Positions 34,547-44,400 of a stretch of 64,000 nucleotides of DNA are shown one piece after another. Within the stretch, counting starts at the first letter, position 1. Every line of letters starts with the position of its first letter. The notes under the pieces are model-generated. The model did not search any database. It saw only the letters and a list, made by a program, of their open reading frames with translations, and was not told the origin of the DNA. The translations under genes were made by a program, and so were the position numbers. This DNA comes from Clostridia bacterium (GTDB lineage: Bacteria; Bacillota; Clostridia; Oscillospirales; CAG-272): NCBI GenBank assembly GCA_017467165.1, contig JAFTST010000051.1:78488-142487 (forward strand). Direction: 5' to 3'.

Positions 34547-36052
34547 TTATTTAACTCCCGCCGTGCTTCTCAGCATAACGTCGTGGTAGCCGCCCTCGAC
34601 TATCGAGGTCGAGGAAACGAGAGTCATCTTAGCCTTTTGCTGCAGCTCGGGAATGGTTATCGCGCCGCAGTTGCACATAGTGGATTTGACCTTATAGAGC
34701 GATTTCTCAACGTTATCGTGCAGGGAGCCTGCGTAGGTGACGTAGGAGTCAACGCCCTCCTCGAAGGAGAGTCCCGTCTTGCCGCCGAGGTCGTATCTCT
34801 GCCAATTCTTCGCTCTGTTGGAGCCCTCGCCCCAATATTCCTTGACGTACTGTCCGTTAACCATAATCTTGGGTGTGGGCGACTCGTCAAATCTGGCGAA
34901 ATATCTGCCGAGCATCAGGAAATCCGCGCCCATCGCCAGAGCCAGAGTCATGTGGTAATCGTGTACTATTCCGCCGTCGGAGCAGATGGGAATATACACG
35001 CCCGTTTTTTCAAAATATTCGTCGCGCGCCGCCGCTACCTCGATAACCGCGCTCGCCTGACCTCTGCCGATGCCCTTCTGCTCTCTGGTGATGCAGATTG
35101 AGCCGCCGCCGATGCCTATTTTAACGAAGTCTGCGCCCGCCTCGGCAAGAAACAGGAAGCCCTCTCTGTCGACCACGTTGCCCGCGCCGACCTTGACCGT
35201 GTCGCCGTACCTTTCGCGGATGAAGTCGATTGTACGCTTCTGCCATATAGTGTAGCCCTCCGAGGAGTCGATGCAGAGCACGTCCGCTCCCGCCTCGATA
35301 AGCGCGGGAACTCTTTTCTCATAGTCGCGGGTGTTGATGCCCGCGCCTACCACGTAGCGTTTTTCCTTGTCGAGAAGCTCCTGGGGATTTTCCTTGTGCT
35401 GAGAGTAGTCCTTGCGGAAAACGAAGTATCTGAGTCTGCCCTCGGAGTCGATGAGGGGAAGCGAGTTGAGCTTGTGCTCCCAGATAATATCGTTGGCAAC
35501 CTTCAGCGTTGTGGTGTCGGGGGCGGTAATGAGCTTTTCAATGGGGGTCATGAAGTCTGAAACCCTCTCGTCGAGCGACATTCTGCTCACTCTGTAATCC
35601 CTGCTTGTAACTATACCGAGCAGTCTGCCGTGCGCCGTTCCGTCGTCGGTGACAGCCATGGTGGAGTGTCCGTTTTTCTCGTAGAGCCCGAGCACGTCAG
35701 CGAGGGTGCTGTTGGGGGTAAGGTTGGAGTCGCTCTCAACGAAGCCCGCCTTGTAGGACTTAACCCTTGCAACCATAGCCGCCTCGTCCTCGATGGACTG
35801 TGAGCCATAGATGAAGGATATTCCGCCCTCCTTAGCCAGAGCTATCGCCATAGTATCGTTTGATACCGACTGCATTATAGCAGAGGTAAGCGGGATGTTC
35901 ATCGTTAAGGGACAATCCTCCTCGCCCTTCCTGAATTTAACGAGGGGGGTGCGGAGCGAAACGTTCTGGGGAATACATCTTTCGTCGGTGTAGCCGGGAA
36001 TGAGAAGGTACTCGCTGAAGGTGTGTGAGGGTTCGTTGAAGTAGGTTGCCAT
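34547..36052 (-). CDS. guaB: IMP dehydrogenase family protein (with CBS pair)
   Basis: Catalytic loop [23 protein letters not shown]-barrel layout with an inserted CBS region; 501 aa. Confidence 0.75.
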   Translation of the reverse strand: MATYFNEPSHTFSEYLLIPGYTDERCIPQNVSLRTPLVKFRKGEEDCPLTMNIPLTSAIMQSVSNDTMAIALAKEGGISFIYGSQSIEDEAAMVARVKSYKAGFVESDSNLTPNSTLADVLGLYEKNGHSTMAVTDDGTAHGRLLGIVTSRDYRVSRMSLDERVSDFMTPIEKLITAPDTTTLKVANDIIWEHKLNSLPLIDSEGRLRYFVFRKDYSQHKENPQELLDKEKRYVVGAGINTRDYEKRVPALIEAGADVLCIDSSEGYTIWQKRTIDFIRERYGDTVKVGAGNVVDREGFLFLAEAGADFVKIGIGGGSICITREQKGIGRGQASAVIEVAAARDEYFEKTGVYIPICSDGGIVHDYHMTLALAMGADFLMLGRYFARFDESPTPKIMVNGQYVKEYWGEGSNRAKNWQRYDLGGKTGLSFEEGVDSYVTYAGSLHDNVEKSLYKVKSTMCNCGAITIPELQQKAKMTLVSSTSIVEGGYHDVMLRSTAGVK

Positions 36053-36089
36053 ATTTTCTCCTTTTTCTGCTCGTTGATTGCTTGGTGTA

Positions 36090-36692
36090 TTATTTCTCGT
36101 AGTTTCTTAAAACCTCTGCCTTGACTATAACAGCCTGCTTTTCGTAGGGGATTCCTCCGCCGTTTCCGTCTGTGGCAAGGGGAGCTGTCAGGCTCGTGAT
36201 TCTGTCAACCACCTGCATACCCTCCACGACGTAGCCAAATCCCGCGTACAAGCCGTCAAGCGAGCGCGCCGCGCTGTCGTCGGTAACGATAAAGAACTGT
36301 GAGGATGCGGAGTTGGGATCGTCGCTTCTCGCCATTGAGATAACGCCGCGCTTGTGCGAGATGGGGTTGGCGTAGCCGTTGGCGAAAAATTCGCCCACGA
36401 TTTCCTTGCCCGAGCCGCCATAGCCGGTTGCCTCGGGGTCGCCGCCCTGAATCATAAATCCTTCTATAACTCTGTGAAAGGTCAAGCCGTCGTAGAAGCC
36501 GCGCTTGACAAGCGAAACGAAGTTGTCAACCGTCCTTGGAGCGCTGACTCTGTCAAGCTCGAGGATAATGTATCCCATATCCTTGATCTCGAGTCTGACG
36601 TAGTATATATCCTTCTTGCAGGAGGTGAGCGGAGCCACCGTCAGCACCAGCAGAAGAAGCACCGCTACAATCTTGATAAAGCTCTTTTTCAT
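36090..36692 (-). CDS. Cyclophilin-type peptidyl-prolyl isomerase, lipoprotein
   Basis: [15 protein letters not shown] motif and lipobox LTSCKK. Start at ATG 36692 (MKKSFIKIV). Confidence 0.85.
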   Translation of the reverse strand: MKKSFIKIVAVLLLLVLTVAPLTSCKKDIYYVRLEIKDMGYIILELDRVSAPRTVDNFVSLVKRGFYDGLTFHRVIEGFMIQGGDPEATGYGGSGKEIVGEFFANGYANPISHKRGVISMARSDDPNSASSQFFIVTDDSAARSLDGLYAGFGYVVEGMQVVDRITSLTAPLATDGNGGGIPYEKQAVIVKAEVLRNYEK

Positions 36693-36703
36693 AATTTCTC
36701 TTT

Positions 36704-37732
36704 CTATACGCATTTCGTGATGAATATTTCAATAGCAGTATATCCGCTTACTCCTCCGAACTTCGCCCCCGTGTCAACTCTTTCCAGCTCTCTCAGGACG
36801 TTAGCCGCCCTCTCGGGTGTGAATTTCGGCGCAGCCGATATATAATGCTTCAATTTATAAACGTTCATTTTCGTCGCCGCGGCGATATCCTGCGCTCCCA
36901 TTCCGTCGGCGAGCATCATAATGACGTCCACCAGCTCTGAGTATACCCTTGCCATCATACCTATAATGACGGTCGGGTCTATTCTTCTTGACTTCATCTC
37001 GTCAAGAGCCACCAGGGCAAGACGCTTGTCGCGCGAGAGAATCGCGTTTGACAGCGCGTAGGTATCACATTCGGGAGTCGACGAGGCGACCGCCTCTATA
37101 TCCTTGACGCCAATAGATGAAAGCCCTCTCGACTTCGCGTACATACACAGCTTGGTTATCTCCTCGCTCAGCACCGACATAGAGTGCCCCGAGCGGAAAA
37201 GCAGAGCGCCGAGCGCCTCCTTGCTTGTCGAGATGCCCTCGGAGTCAAAGTGCTTTTTCAGCCAGGTGAGCAGCGCCGCGTCGGTCGAGGTCGGGAAATT
37301 CAGAATACCGATGCGCTCCTTGAATCTGCGCTCGAATCTGCTCTCTCTTTTCGCCGTCCCGAGCTCAACCGCTCCCTCAGCTACGAGAAAGACCAGCGTC
37401 ACCTCGGGGTGAGCGTCGAGAATATCGAGTGTTTTCTCGAGCAGAAGAAGGTCGGACTCCTTCATTTTTTCAAAAACGGGATAGCGCCACTCGATAAGCT
37501 TCCCCTCGCTCATCATTGGTGGCGAGGTTATATCGTCGCGCAGCGCGGCAAAGTTGATTTCCGCCCCGTCGTAGACCGAGTGATTGAAGGTAGCGAAGGC
37601 GTCGTCGGTGATGACGGTGCGCCTTATCTGCGCGAGGTAATGCTTCTTTAAGTAATCCTCCTCGCCGCACAGCATATAGCAGCCGCCGAGGCTCCCCGCC
37701 TTTAATCTCGCTTTAAATTCGTTCAGCTCCAT
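36704..37732 (-). CDS. holA: DNA polymerase III subunit delta
   Basis: CYMLCGEEDYLKKHYL N-terminus, 342 aa helical C-terminal domains. Confidence 0.75.
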   Translation of the reverse strand: MELNEFKARLKAGSLGGCYMLCGEEDYLKKHYLAQIRRTVITDDAFATFNHSVYDGAEINFAALRDDITSPPMMSEGKLIEWRYPVFEKMKESDLLLLEKTLDILDAHPEVTLVFLVAEGAVELGTAKRESRFERRFKERIGILNFPTSTDAALLTWLKKHFDSEGISTSKEALGALLFRSGHSMSVLSEEITKLCMYAKSRGLSSIGVKDIEAVASSTPECDTYALSNAILSRDKRLALVALDEMKSRRIDPTVIIGMMARVYSELVDVIMMLADGMGAQDIAAATKMNVYKLKHYISAAPKFTPERAANVLRELERVDTGAKFGGVSGYTAIEIFITKCV

Positions 37733-37733
37733 A

Positions 37734-38180
37734 TCAAAGACCTGCCTTCAGTGGAGTGACGGTTATTCTCATTCTCGCATTCTTTTCCTGACCGCCGACG
37801 CTCATAACGTAGAGGAGCGCCATCTCTCCGCCGTCAAGGTCGATTTTTCCTCTGACACGCACAGTCTTGGTTATCATATCAAAGGTGTATGGGCCGACAG
37901 CGTAGCTCGTGCGGCACTCCTCCCCCTCCGAGAACAGAAGGTCGGAAACTATCGCGCCCCTTCGCGAGAGGGAAACCCCGTTTTCATATATGCGGATAGT
38001 GCACTTAACCTCGCCGCCCTCGTCCCTGTCGGTGTAGGAAACAGAGAGCGCGGTGTCCTCGCATATCATAAATCCGCGGTGGGTGGTGATATTTATCTCG
38101 GGCTCCCCCGTGGGCAGTCCGTCCTCGAGATTGTCTATAATCGAGTGCAGTCTTATCTCGACTTCCTTTATAGCTTTCAT
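37734..38180 (-). CDS. DUF1934 (YwiB-like beta-barrel) protein
   Basis: 148 aa. The pattern ...VSLSRRGAIVSDLLFSEGEE..SYAVGPYTFDM...LLYVM...MRITVT is collinear with the DUF1934 family. Confidence 0.55.
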   Translation of the reverse strand: MKAIKEVEIRLHSIIDNLEDGLPTGEPEINITTHRGFMICEDTALSVSYTDRDEGGEVKCTIRIYENGVSLSRRGAIVSDLLFSEGEECRTSYAVGPYTFDMITKTVRVRGKIDLDGGEMALLYVMSVGGQEKNARMRITVTPLKAGL

Positions 38181-38251
38181 AGTACTTCCTTTATTAAAAA
38201 TGGCTGTCAGATTTCGACAGCCATCCTGAAGGCAAGAGGGCAGAGCTTCCC

Positions 38252-38683
38252 TTATACCTTCCTCTTTTTCATATTATATTCGCTTCTCGGGTTGATGAAC
38301 TCGCGCCAGTTGAGATTTCCGCTGTCGAGCGCGGTAACGAGAACCTCTGCGGTCGCGATATTGGTCGCTACGGGGATGTTGTACACGTCGCACAGGCGAA
38401 GCAGATTCACCTCTGCCTCGGAGGGTGCCTCTGCGCCGTCGGTGTTTCTGAAATAAAACACCAGGTCAATCTCGTTATATGAAACCATAGAGGCAATCTG
38501 CTCAGTACCGCCCGAGCTGCCCGCGAGCACGGTCTCAATCTCAAGGCCGGTGGCGTCCGATATATATTTTCCCGTGACGTGAGTCGCGCATAGGTTATGA
38601 CGGCTGAGTATGCCGCAGTAAGCGATACAGAACTGCGCCATCAACTCTTTTTTGTTGTTTTCAGCGATGATAGCAATATACAT
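38252..38683 (-). CDS. Methylglyoxal synthase-like protein lacking the catalytic residues
   Basis: Collinear with MgsA (IAIIA..KKELM...LCAT..TGK...GG.EQI...DLVFYFRN...LLRLCDVYNIPVATN). However, AHD reads AEN, GGDQQ reads GGTEQ, and PHEPD reads PSEAE. Confidence 0.7.
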   Translation of the reverse strand: MYIAIIAENNKKELMAQFCIAYCGILSRHNLCATHVTGKYISDATGLEIETVLAGSSGGTEQIASMVSYNEIDLVFYFRNTDGAEAPSEAEVNLLRLCDVYNIPVATNIATAEVLVTALDSGNLNWREFINPRSEYNMKKRKV

Positions 38684-38882
38684 TTTAGTCGTCCTCCTCT
38701 TTATCCGAGCTCCAAAAGCAGCTTTTACTCCATTTTAGTGGTATTATAACACACCGATTGGAATTTGTCAATTAGCCGCGTGAGTTTTTATTTAAAAATA
38801 TGTCCGCGCGTGGTCGCGCCTTATGTATAAGTTATACAAAGCGCCACAAGATATAAATTAGAAAATAATTTGAATTTAGCCA

Positions 38883-38911
38883 TTGAAAAATATCAAATAA
38901 TGGTGTATAAT
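38883..38911 (+). promoter_or_regulatory. Sigma-A promoter of pfkA
   Basis: TTGAAA (38883-88), 17 nt, TGTATAAT extended -10 (TATAAT at 38906-11). Confidence 0.7.
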
Positions 38912-38964
38912 AGATAAGAAATAACCGGGGGCGGACAGTCGCTCCTGTTTTTGTGAGGTTATAT

Positions 38965-40029
38965 ATGAAGAATTTTAAGAGAATAGGCGTTCTGACCTCG
39001 GGAGGTGACGCGCCCGGAATGAATGCGGCAGTAAGAGCCGTGGTCCGCACCGCGCTTACTCACGGTGTTGAGGTTATAGGCATATATAGAGGATATTCGG
39101 GACTTATAGACGGAGATTTGAAAAAGCTTGGTTACCGCGACGTTTCCAACATTATCAATAAGGGCGGAACCTTCCTTTATTCAGACCGCTGTCCCGAGTT
39201 TCAGACTCCGGAGGGTATGGCGAAGGCGGTTAAGACCTGTCGTGACTTCGGCATCGACGGAATTATCGCTATCGGCGGCGACGGCACCTTCCGCGGAGCG
39301 ACCGAGCTTACTGCGAACGGCGTGCCCTGCATAGGCATTCCCGGCACCATAGACAACGATATCGCCTCCACCGATAACACTATCGGCTTCGACACCGCGA
39401 TGAATACCGTTATCGAGCTTGTCGATAAGCTTCGTGACACCTGTGAGTCGCACGCTCGCTGTAACGTCGTTGAGGTTATGGGCAGAGGCGCGGGAGATAT
39501 CGCGCTCCACACGGCTATCGCCTCGGGAGCTACCGCGGTTATTATTCCCGAGCTCCCCTACGACGTATCCGATATTTGCAGAAGAGTCAAGTCGGCAAGA
39601 GAGCTCGGAAAGCGCAACTTTATCATTATCGTTTCCGAGGGCGTGGGCAGCGACGTCGGACCCGCGCTTGCCAAGACCATACAGGCAGAAACGGGAGTTG
39701 AGTCCAAGTTCGCGAGATTCGCTCACATCGTCCGCGGCGGAAGCCCCACTCTGAAGGACAGAATTCTTGCCAGCACCATCGGCGCCATAGCGGTTGAGGA
39801 GCTTCTCAAGGGCAACTCTAACCTCGTTATGTGCGAGAGAAAGGGCAAGATTGTTGCCGTTGATATCAACTACGCGCTCATTCTTGACAGAATGTACAAG
39901 GGCAAGCTGAAGGAGGGCGACCTCGACCGCTTCAGCGAGAAGGAGCTGGCGAAGATGCGCTCGGAGGTTAGAGCGAAGCAGGCTAACATTGCCAGACTCT
40001 ACGGTATATCCAAGACCATTAATCTTTAA
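38965..40029 (+). CDS. pfkA: ATP-dependent 6-phosphofructokinase
   Basis: GVLTSGGDAPGMNAA, GGDGTFRGA, PGTIDNDI and VEVMGRGAGDIAL motifs. Start ATG 38965 follows GTGAGG. Confidence 0.9.
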   Translation: MKNFKRIGVLTSGGDAPGMNAAVRAVVRTALTHGVEVIGIYRGYSGLIDGDLKKLGYRDVSNIINKGGTFLYSDRCPEFQTPEGMAKAVKTCRDFGIDGIIAIGGDGTFRGATELTANGVPCIGIPGTIDNDIASTDNTIGFDTAMNTVIELVDKLRDTCESHARCNVVEVMGRGAGDIALHTAIASGATAVIIPELPYDVSDICRRVKSARELGKRNFIIIVSEGVGSDVGPALAKTIQAETGVESKFARFAHIVRGGSPTLKDRILASTIGAIAVEELLKGNSNLVMCERKGKIVAVDINYALILDRMYKGKLKEGDLDRFSEKELAKMRSEVRAKQANIARLYGISKTINL

Positions 40030-40043
40030 TTAAGTATTATTTC

Positions 40044-40082
40044 AAGGCGCTCTCCGAAAAGGGAGCGCCTTTCCTTTTTTGG
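40044..40082 (+). terminator. rho-independent terminator
   Basis: GGCGCTCTCC-GAAAA-GGGAGCGCC stem followed by TTTCCTTTTTT. Confidence 0.8.
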
Positions 40083-40186
40083 CTGTGAGGCGCTTATAAG
40101 ACGTTCGGAGGGTCAATATTAATAACGTAGCGGCGGCGCTTGGTGTGCTAATACAGACTATGGCGGAACAAAAAATAGAAATATTG

Positions 40187-40215
40187 TTGACAACGGCGGT
40201 AATTTGTGGTATAAT
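40187..40215 (+). promoter_or_regulatory. Consensus sigma-A promoter of the marR-acyl-CoA ligase unit
   Basis: TTGACA (40187-92), 17 nt, TGgTATAAT (TATAAT at 40210-15). Confidence 0.75.
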
Positions 40216-40262
40216 CACAGATAGCGAAAAGTTGACAGGTAAACATTTTATCGGGAAGGGAG

Positions 40263-40754
40263 ATGATATCTGGGACCGTGGAGAAGATAAGATACGAAAA
40301 ATTCACCCTATATATCGACGGAATACACAAGGCGATAAATAAGCTCAAGGTTGACGTCGCTCCAAGGCTCGGAGTCAAGGGCGTGCATATTTTCTGGATA
40401 TACAAGCTGCTTGAATATCCCGAGGGTCTGACGGCACAGGAGATTGCGACGGTCAGTATGATTGACAAATCACTCGTTTCCCGCGAGATTGCCGCGCTCA
40501 AGCGCGACGGCTACATCGAAACCAAGGGCAAGGAAGGAAACAAGAGGAGCTACAACGCCCGCCATTTTCTCACCGAGAGCGGCAGAGAGCTGGCTATGAA
40601 TATAATCTCGGAGGTAACCAGAGTGCAGAGCGCCGCCGACGAGGATATATCTGAGAGCGAGCTGATTTCCTTTTATAACACACTTGAAAAAATTCACAAG
40701 AACTTTATTAAGCTTGCAGCCTCGGACAAGGATTCCGACTCCGAGGATGCCTGA
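40263..40754 (+). CDS. MarR-family transcriptional regulator
   Basis: Winged-helix segment LTAQEIATVSMIDKSLVSREIAALKRDGYIE; 163 aa. Confidence 0.75.
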   Translation: MISGTVEKIRYEKFTLYIDGIHKAINKLKVDVAPRLGVKGVHIFWIYKLLEYPEGLTAQEIATVSMIDKSLVSREIAALKRDGYIETKGKEGNKRSYNARHFLTESGRELAMNIISEVTRVQSAADEDISESELISFYNTLEKIHKNFIKLAASDKDSDSEDA

Positions 40755-40765
40755 AGGAGATAATT

Positions 40766-42448
40766 ATGAAGGCTGAAAAGAAAATTCGCGAAAGAGTAGA
40801 CTACACCGACATCAGACATATGGTAGAGGATATTGGCGTCAGATGGGCTGACAGATATGCGTATTCCTACCGCCTGACTCCAAGAGGAGAGATTCACAGA
40901 AAGACATATCCCGAGCTCAGAGAGGATATCCGCGGTCTTTCCACCGCTTTCATCTCTCGCGGCTATGCGGGAAAGCACATCACCCTTATAGGAAAGTATT
41001 CTTATAACTGGGTTCTCTGCTACTACGCTTCTATGTGTACCGCATCCGTGCTTATCCCTCTTGACAGGGATTGGAATGCTGAGGACCTCACCGCTACCGC
41101 TCAGCGCGCAGACACCGAGCTGATTATCTGTGACAAGGATATAGAGGCTAAGGGACGCGCGGTTGCAGATGCGCTCGGAGTGGAGCTTCTCACAACGGAG
41201 GACTCTGTCAATGAGCTTCTTGCAGAGGGTATAGAGCAGTTCAAGGCTGACAGCGCACCCTACTACGCTACCGAGATTGACCCGAATGCTATGGCGCTTC
41301 TGGTATTCACCTCGGGAACTACGGGAAAGGGCAAGGGCGTTATGCTCTGCCAGCGCGGTATCGTCTGGGACCTTGCTGACGTCGTCAGCTATATCGACTT
41401 CTCGACCAAGTCCATAGGTCTGCTTCCTCCTCACCACACCTACGGCTCGTCCGTTTCCATCTACGGACAGAACAGCGTCGGTATCGAGGTATATATTTCC
41501 TCGGGAATCCGCTACGTTCTTCCTGAGCTGAAGGAGCAGAAGCCCGGACACATAGTTCTCGTGCCTCTGTACGTCGAGACCTTCTACAGAAAGATACAGT
41601 CCTCACTCAAGGAAAAGGGCAAGGAAAAGCTTGTCAGGAGAATGATCAAGATATCCAACGCTCTGAGAAAGATCGGCATCGACCTGAGAAAGAAGCTGTT
41701 CGGACAGGTGCTCGAGGCATTCGGCGGCGAGCTTCATACCCTCGTCTGCGGCGGCGCGGCTATCAACCAGGATATCATAGATTTCTTTGACGGCATCGGC
41801 ATCACCGTTCTTAACGGCTACGGAATTACCGAATGCTCGCCGCTCATCTCGGTCAACCACAGCTACCGCAGAGTTAAGGGCTCGGTAGGCTTCCCCATTG
41901 ACGGCGATATAGTCCGCATCGAGAGGGATGAGGATGACGAGAACGAGGAAGGTGAAATCTGCGTCAAGGGCCCCAACGTTATGCTTGGCTACTTCAAGGA
42001 CGAGGAGGCCACCGCCGACGCTATGACAGAGGACGGCTTCTTCCGAACGGGTGACTACGGCAGAATTGATAAGAACGGAGCTATCACCATCACGGGCAGA
42101 AAGAAGAACCTCATCATTCACTCCAACGGAAAGAACGTTTATCCCGAGGAAATAGAGAGTGAGTTCACCGCAGTGCCCGGCGTGCTTGATATAGTCGTAT
42201 ATGAGGGCAAGTCCAGAAGAGGCGACCAGTACAACGCCATAGTTGCAGAGTTCTTCTGCGACACGGACCTTCTCACCAAGAGAGGCGTCACCGACATCAA
42301 GGCGTACCTTCAGAAGTACGTTGATGAATATAACCTTCGCGCAGTTCCCTACAAGAAGATAGTCGTTGTCAAGGTGCGCGAGGAGGATTTCCCGAAGAAC
42401 ACCCTGAGAAAAATTATGAGATTCAAGATGGATATGACCATCGACTGA
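40766..42448 (+). CDS. AMP-binding long-chain acyl-CoA ligase (FadD-like)
   Basis: LVFTSGTTGKGKGVML AMP-binding motif, GYGITE and FRTGDYG motifs; 560 aa. Confidence 0.8.
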   Translation: MKAEKKIRERVDYTDIRHMVEDIGVRWADRYAYSYRLTPRGEIHRKTYPELREDIRGLSTAFISRGYAGKHITLIGKYSYNWVLCYYASMCTASVLIPLDRDWNAEDLTATAQRADTELIICDKDIEAKGRAVADALGVELLTTEDSVNELLAEGIEQFKADSAPYYATEIDPNAMALLVFTSGTTGKGKGVMLCQRGIVWDLADVVSYIDFSTKSIGLLPPHHTYGSSVSIYGQNSVGIEVYISSGIRYVLPELKEQKPGHIVLVPLYVETFYRKIQSSLKEKGKEKLVRRMIKISNALRKIGIDLRKKLFGQVLEAFGGELHTLVCGGAAINQDIIDFFDGIGITVLNGYGITECSPLISVNHSYRRVKGSVGFPIDGDIVRIERDEDDENEEGEICVKGPNVMLGYFKDEEATADAMTEDGFFRTGDYGRIDKNGAITITGRKKNLIIHSNGKNVYPEEIESEFTAVPGVLDIVVYEGKSRRGDQYNAIVAEFFCDTDLLTKRGVTDIKAYLQKYVDEYNLRAVPYKKIVVVKVREEDFPKNTLRKIMRFKMDMTID

Positions 42449-42506
42449 TTATAGGAATAACCGCGGGTACTCCCTGAGCGTCGGCGCGACACGAAGGGCG
42501 AAAAGT

Positions 42507-42540
42507 GAAAGGAGAGGAAGCTTGTTCCTCTCCTTTTTTC
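42507..42540 (+). terminator. rho-independent terminator between convergent genes
   Basis: GGAGAGGAA-gcttg-TTCCTCTCC stem followed by TTTTTT. Confidence 0.8.
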
Positions 42541-42576
42541 ATATATTTCTTGCCAAAATATAAACTATAATTTACA

Positions 42577-43776
42577 TTACTTCGCCTTTTGGGTTGTTTT
42601 CTCTGCCCTCAGCTCATCTAAAAATTCGCCTATTCTTCGAAGAGCCTCCTCAATATGCATTATAGAGTAGCAGTAGGACACCCTGATATGCCCCTCACCC
42701 GACTCGCCAAAGGCACATCCCGGTACCACGGCAACCTTCTTTCTGTACAGCAGCTCTTCGCAGAACTCCTCGGAGGAAAGTCCTGTTGATTTTATAGAAG
42801 GAAAGGCGTAGAATGCGCCCTTTGGCTCGGGACACTCCAGCCCCATTTTTCTGAAGCCGTCGACCGTCAGCCGCCTGCGAGCGTCATACTCCTCGCGCAT
42901 ATCGGATACAACCTCGTCGCAGGAGCGAAGCGCCTCTATCGCCGCATACTGCGAGGTGGTTGGCGCACACATTATGGCGTATTGGTGTATTTTCATCAGC
43001 TGTGTCAGAAGTGGCTTTGGGCCGCAGGCGTAGCCGAGTCGCCAGCCCGTCATAGAAAACGCCTTTGAAAATCCGTTTATAAGAATAGTCCTCTCCCACA
43101 TTCCGGGGATTGACGCCACGGACACGTGCCTGTGCTCGCCGAAGGTCAGCTCTGCGTATATCTCATCCGAGATAACTATTATATTGGTATCGCGGAGCAC
43201 CTCTGCGATTTTCTCGAGGTCCCCCTTTTCCATTATAGCTCCCGTGGGGTTGGTGGGGTAGGGGAGTATCAGAGCCTTGGTTTTTTCGGTTATTGCCTCG
43301 CTCAGCTCTTCGGGTGTCAGCTTGAAATTGTTTTCAGCTTTCGTGTTGATGATAACCGGCACGCCGCCCGCGAGCTTTGTCATAGGCTCGTAGCATACGT
43401 ACGAGGGCTCGGGAATAATTATCTCGTCGCCCGGGTTGGTTACCGCTCTTATAGCTAGGTCGATAGCCTCGCTTCCGCCTACTGTGACGAGCACCTCGGA
43501 GAGCGGCTCGTACTTGGCGCTGTATTTTCTTCTGACGTATTCCGAGATTTCACGGCGCAGGGCTTCAAGACCGAGATTTGAGGTGTATCTTGTATTCGCT
43601 CGCTCGAGCGAACGAATGCCTGCGGAGCGTACCTGCCAGGGCGTGCGGAAATCCGGCTCGCCAACGCCCAGGGAAATAACGTCATCCATAGATGCCGCTA
43701 TATCGAAAAAGCGCCTGATGCCCGATGGCTTGATGTCCTGTACGACGTCCGACAGAACCTTGCCGTAGTCAATCAT
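42577..43776 (-). CDS. Class I/II PLP-dependent aminotransferase (aspartate aminotransferase-like)
   Basis: NGFSKAFSMTGWRLGY PLP-lysine motif. 4-nt overlap with the upstream Lrp gene. Confidence 0.8.
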   Translation of the reverse strand: MIDYGKVLSDVVQDIKPSGIRRFFDIAASMDDVISLGVGEPDFRTPWQVRSAGIRSLERANTRYTSNLGLEALRREISEYVRRKYSAKYEPLSEVLVTVGGSEAIDLAIRAVTNPGDEIIIPEPSYVCYEPMTKLAGGVPVIINTKAENNFKLTPEELSEAITEKTKALILPYPTNPTGAIMEKGDLEKIAEVLRDTNIIVISDEIYAELTFGEHRHVSVASIPGMWERTILINGFSKAFSMTGWRLGYACGPKPLLTQLMKIHQYAIMCAPTTSQYAAIEALRSCDEVVSDMREEYDARRRLTVDGFRKMGLECPEPKGAFYAFPSIKSTGLSSEEFCEELLYRKKVAVVPGCAFGESGEGHIRVSYCYSIMHIEEALRRIGEFLDELRAEKTTQKAK

Positions 43777-44255
43777 AGTGAAATCTTGCCCCTTCCGTCA
43801 TCCTCTGTTGAGGTCAGCTCCACGCCGAATTCCTTATATCTGCGCATGATAAACTGCGTCGCGGTGGAGGTTACTCCGTCTATAACTGCCAGCTCCTTAG
43901 CTACGAAGGCGGACACGTCGCGGAAGGTTGTGCCCTTGACGGTGACGATAAGGTCGCAGGCGCCCGACATCAGAGAAACCGACTCAACCTCGGGATAGCG
44001 CGAAATCATCTCTGCCACCTCCTCGAAGCCGAGCTGCGCCTTGGGCACAACCTTCAGCTCGATAATAGCGCTGACCGCCGCGCCGTCAACCTTCTCCCAG
44101 TCGATAACGCCCTTGTATCCGCGGATAATTCCCACCCGCTCCATTTCAGATATTTCACTCACCACCTCGCCAAGCTCCATACCGAGAGCGGCGGCTATGC
44201 TTTCGGGTGACATTCTGGCGTTGTTTTCGAGCAGCTTTAAGATTTTGATATTCAT
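43773..44255 (-). CDS. Lrp/AsnC-family transcriptional regulator
   Basis: N-terminal HTH KILKLLENNARMSPESIAAALGM plus a C-terminal RAM-like domain. Confidence 0.8.
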   Translation of the reverse strand: MNIKILKLLENNARMSPESIAAALGMELGEVVSEISEMERVGIIRGYKGVIDWEKVDGAAVSAIIELKVVPKAQLGFEEVAEMISRYPEVESVSLMSGACDLIVTVKGTTFRDVSAFVAKELAVIDGVTSTATQFIMRRYKEFGVELTSTEDDGRGKISL

Positions 44256-44301
44256 ATTTCCTCCTGGAATTTGACACGGGTGTCATTTAATAGCTTCAGT
44301 T

Positions 44302-44373
44302 TATCGTATAATAGCATATAGAGGCGAGTTTGTCAAGCCACAGATTGACAAAGACCCGCTTTTGGTATAAAAT
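44302..44373. promoter_or_regulatory. Divergent promoters whose -35 boxes form an 8-bp inverted repeat
   Basis: TTTGTCAA (44329-36) and TTGACAAA (44345-52). Minus strand: TTGACA-17-TATTAT toward lrp. Plus strand: TTGACA then TGGTATAAA toward the dipeptidase gene. Confidence 0.5.
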
Positions 44374-44400
44374 AATATTATCTTACAGTAGGAGATTCGT

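Noticed and set aside
40145-40342. 65-aa plus-strand ORF upstream of marR
   Set aside because: It spans the consensus promoter (40187-40215) and the marR RBS and start, so it is incompatible with them.
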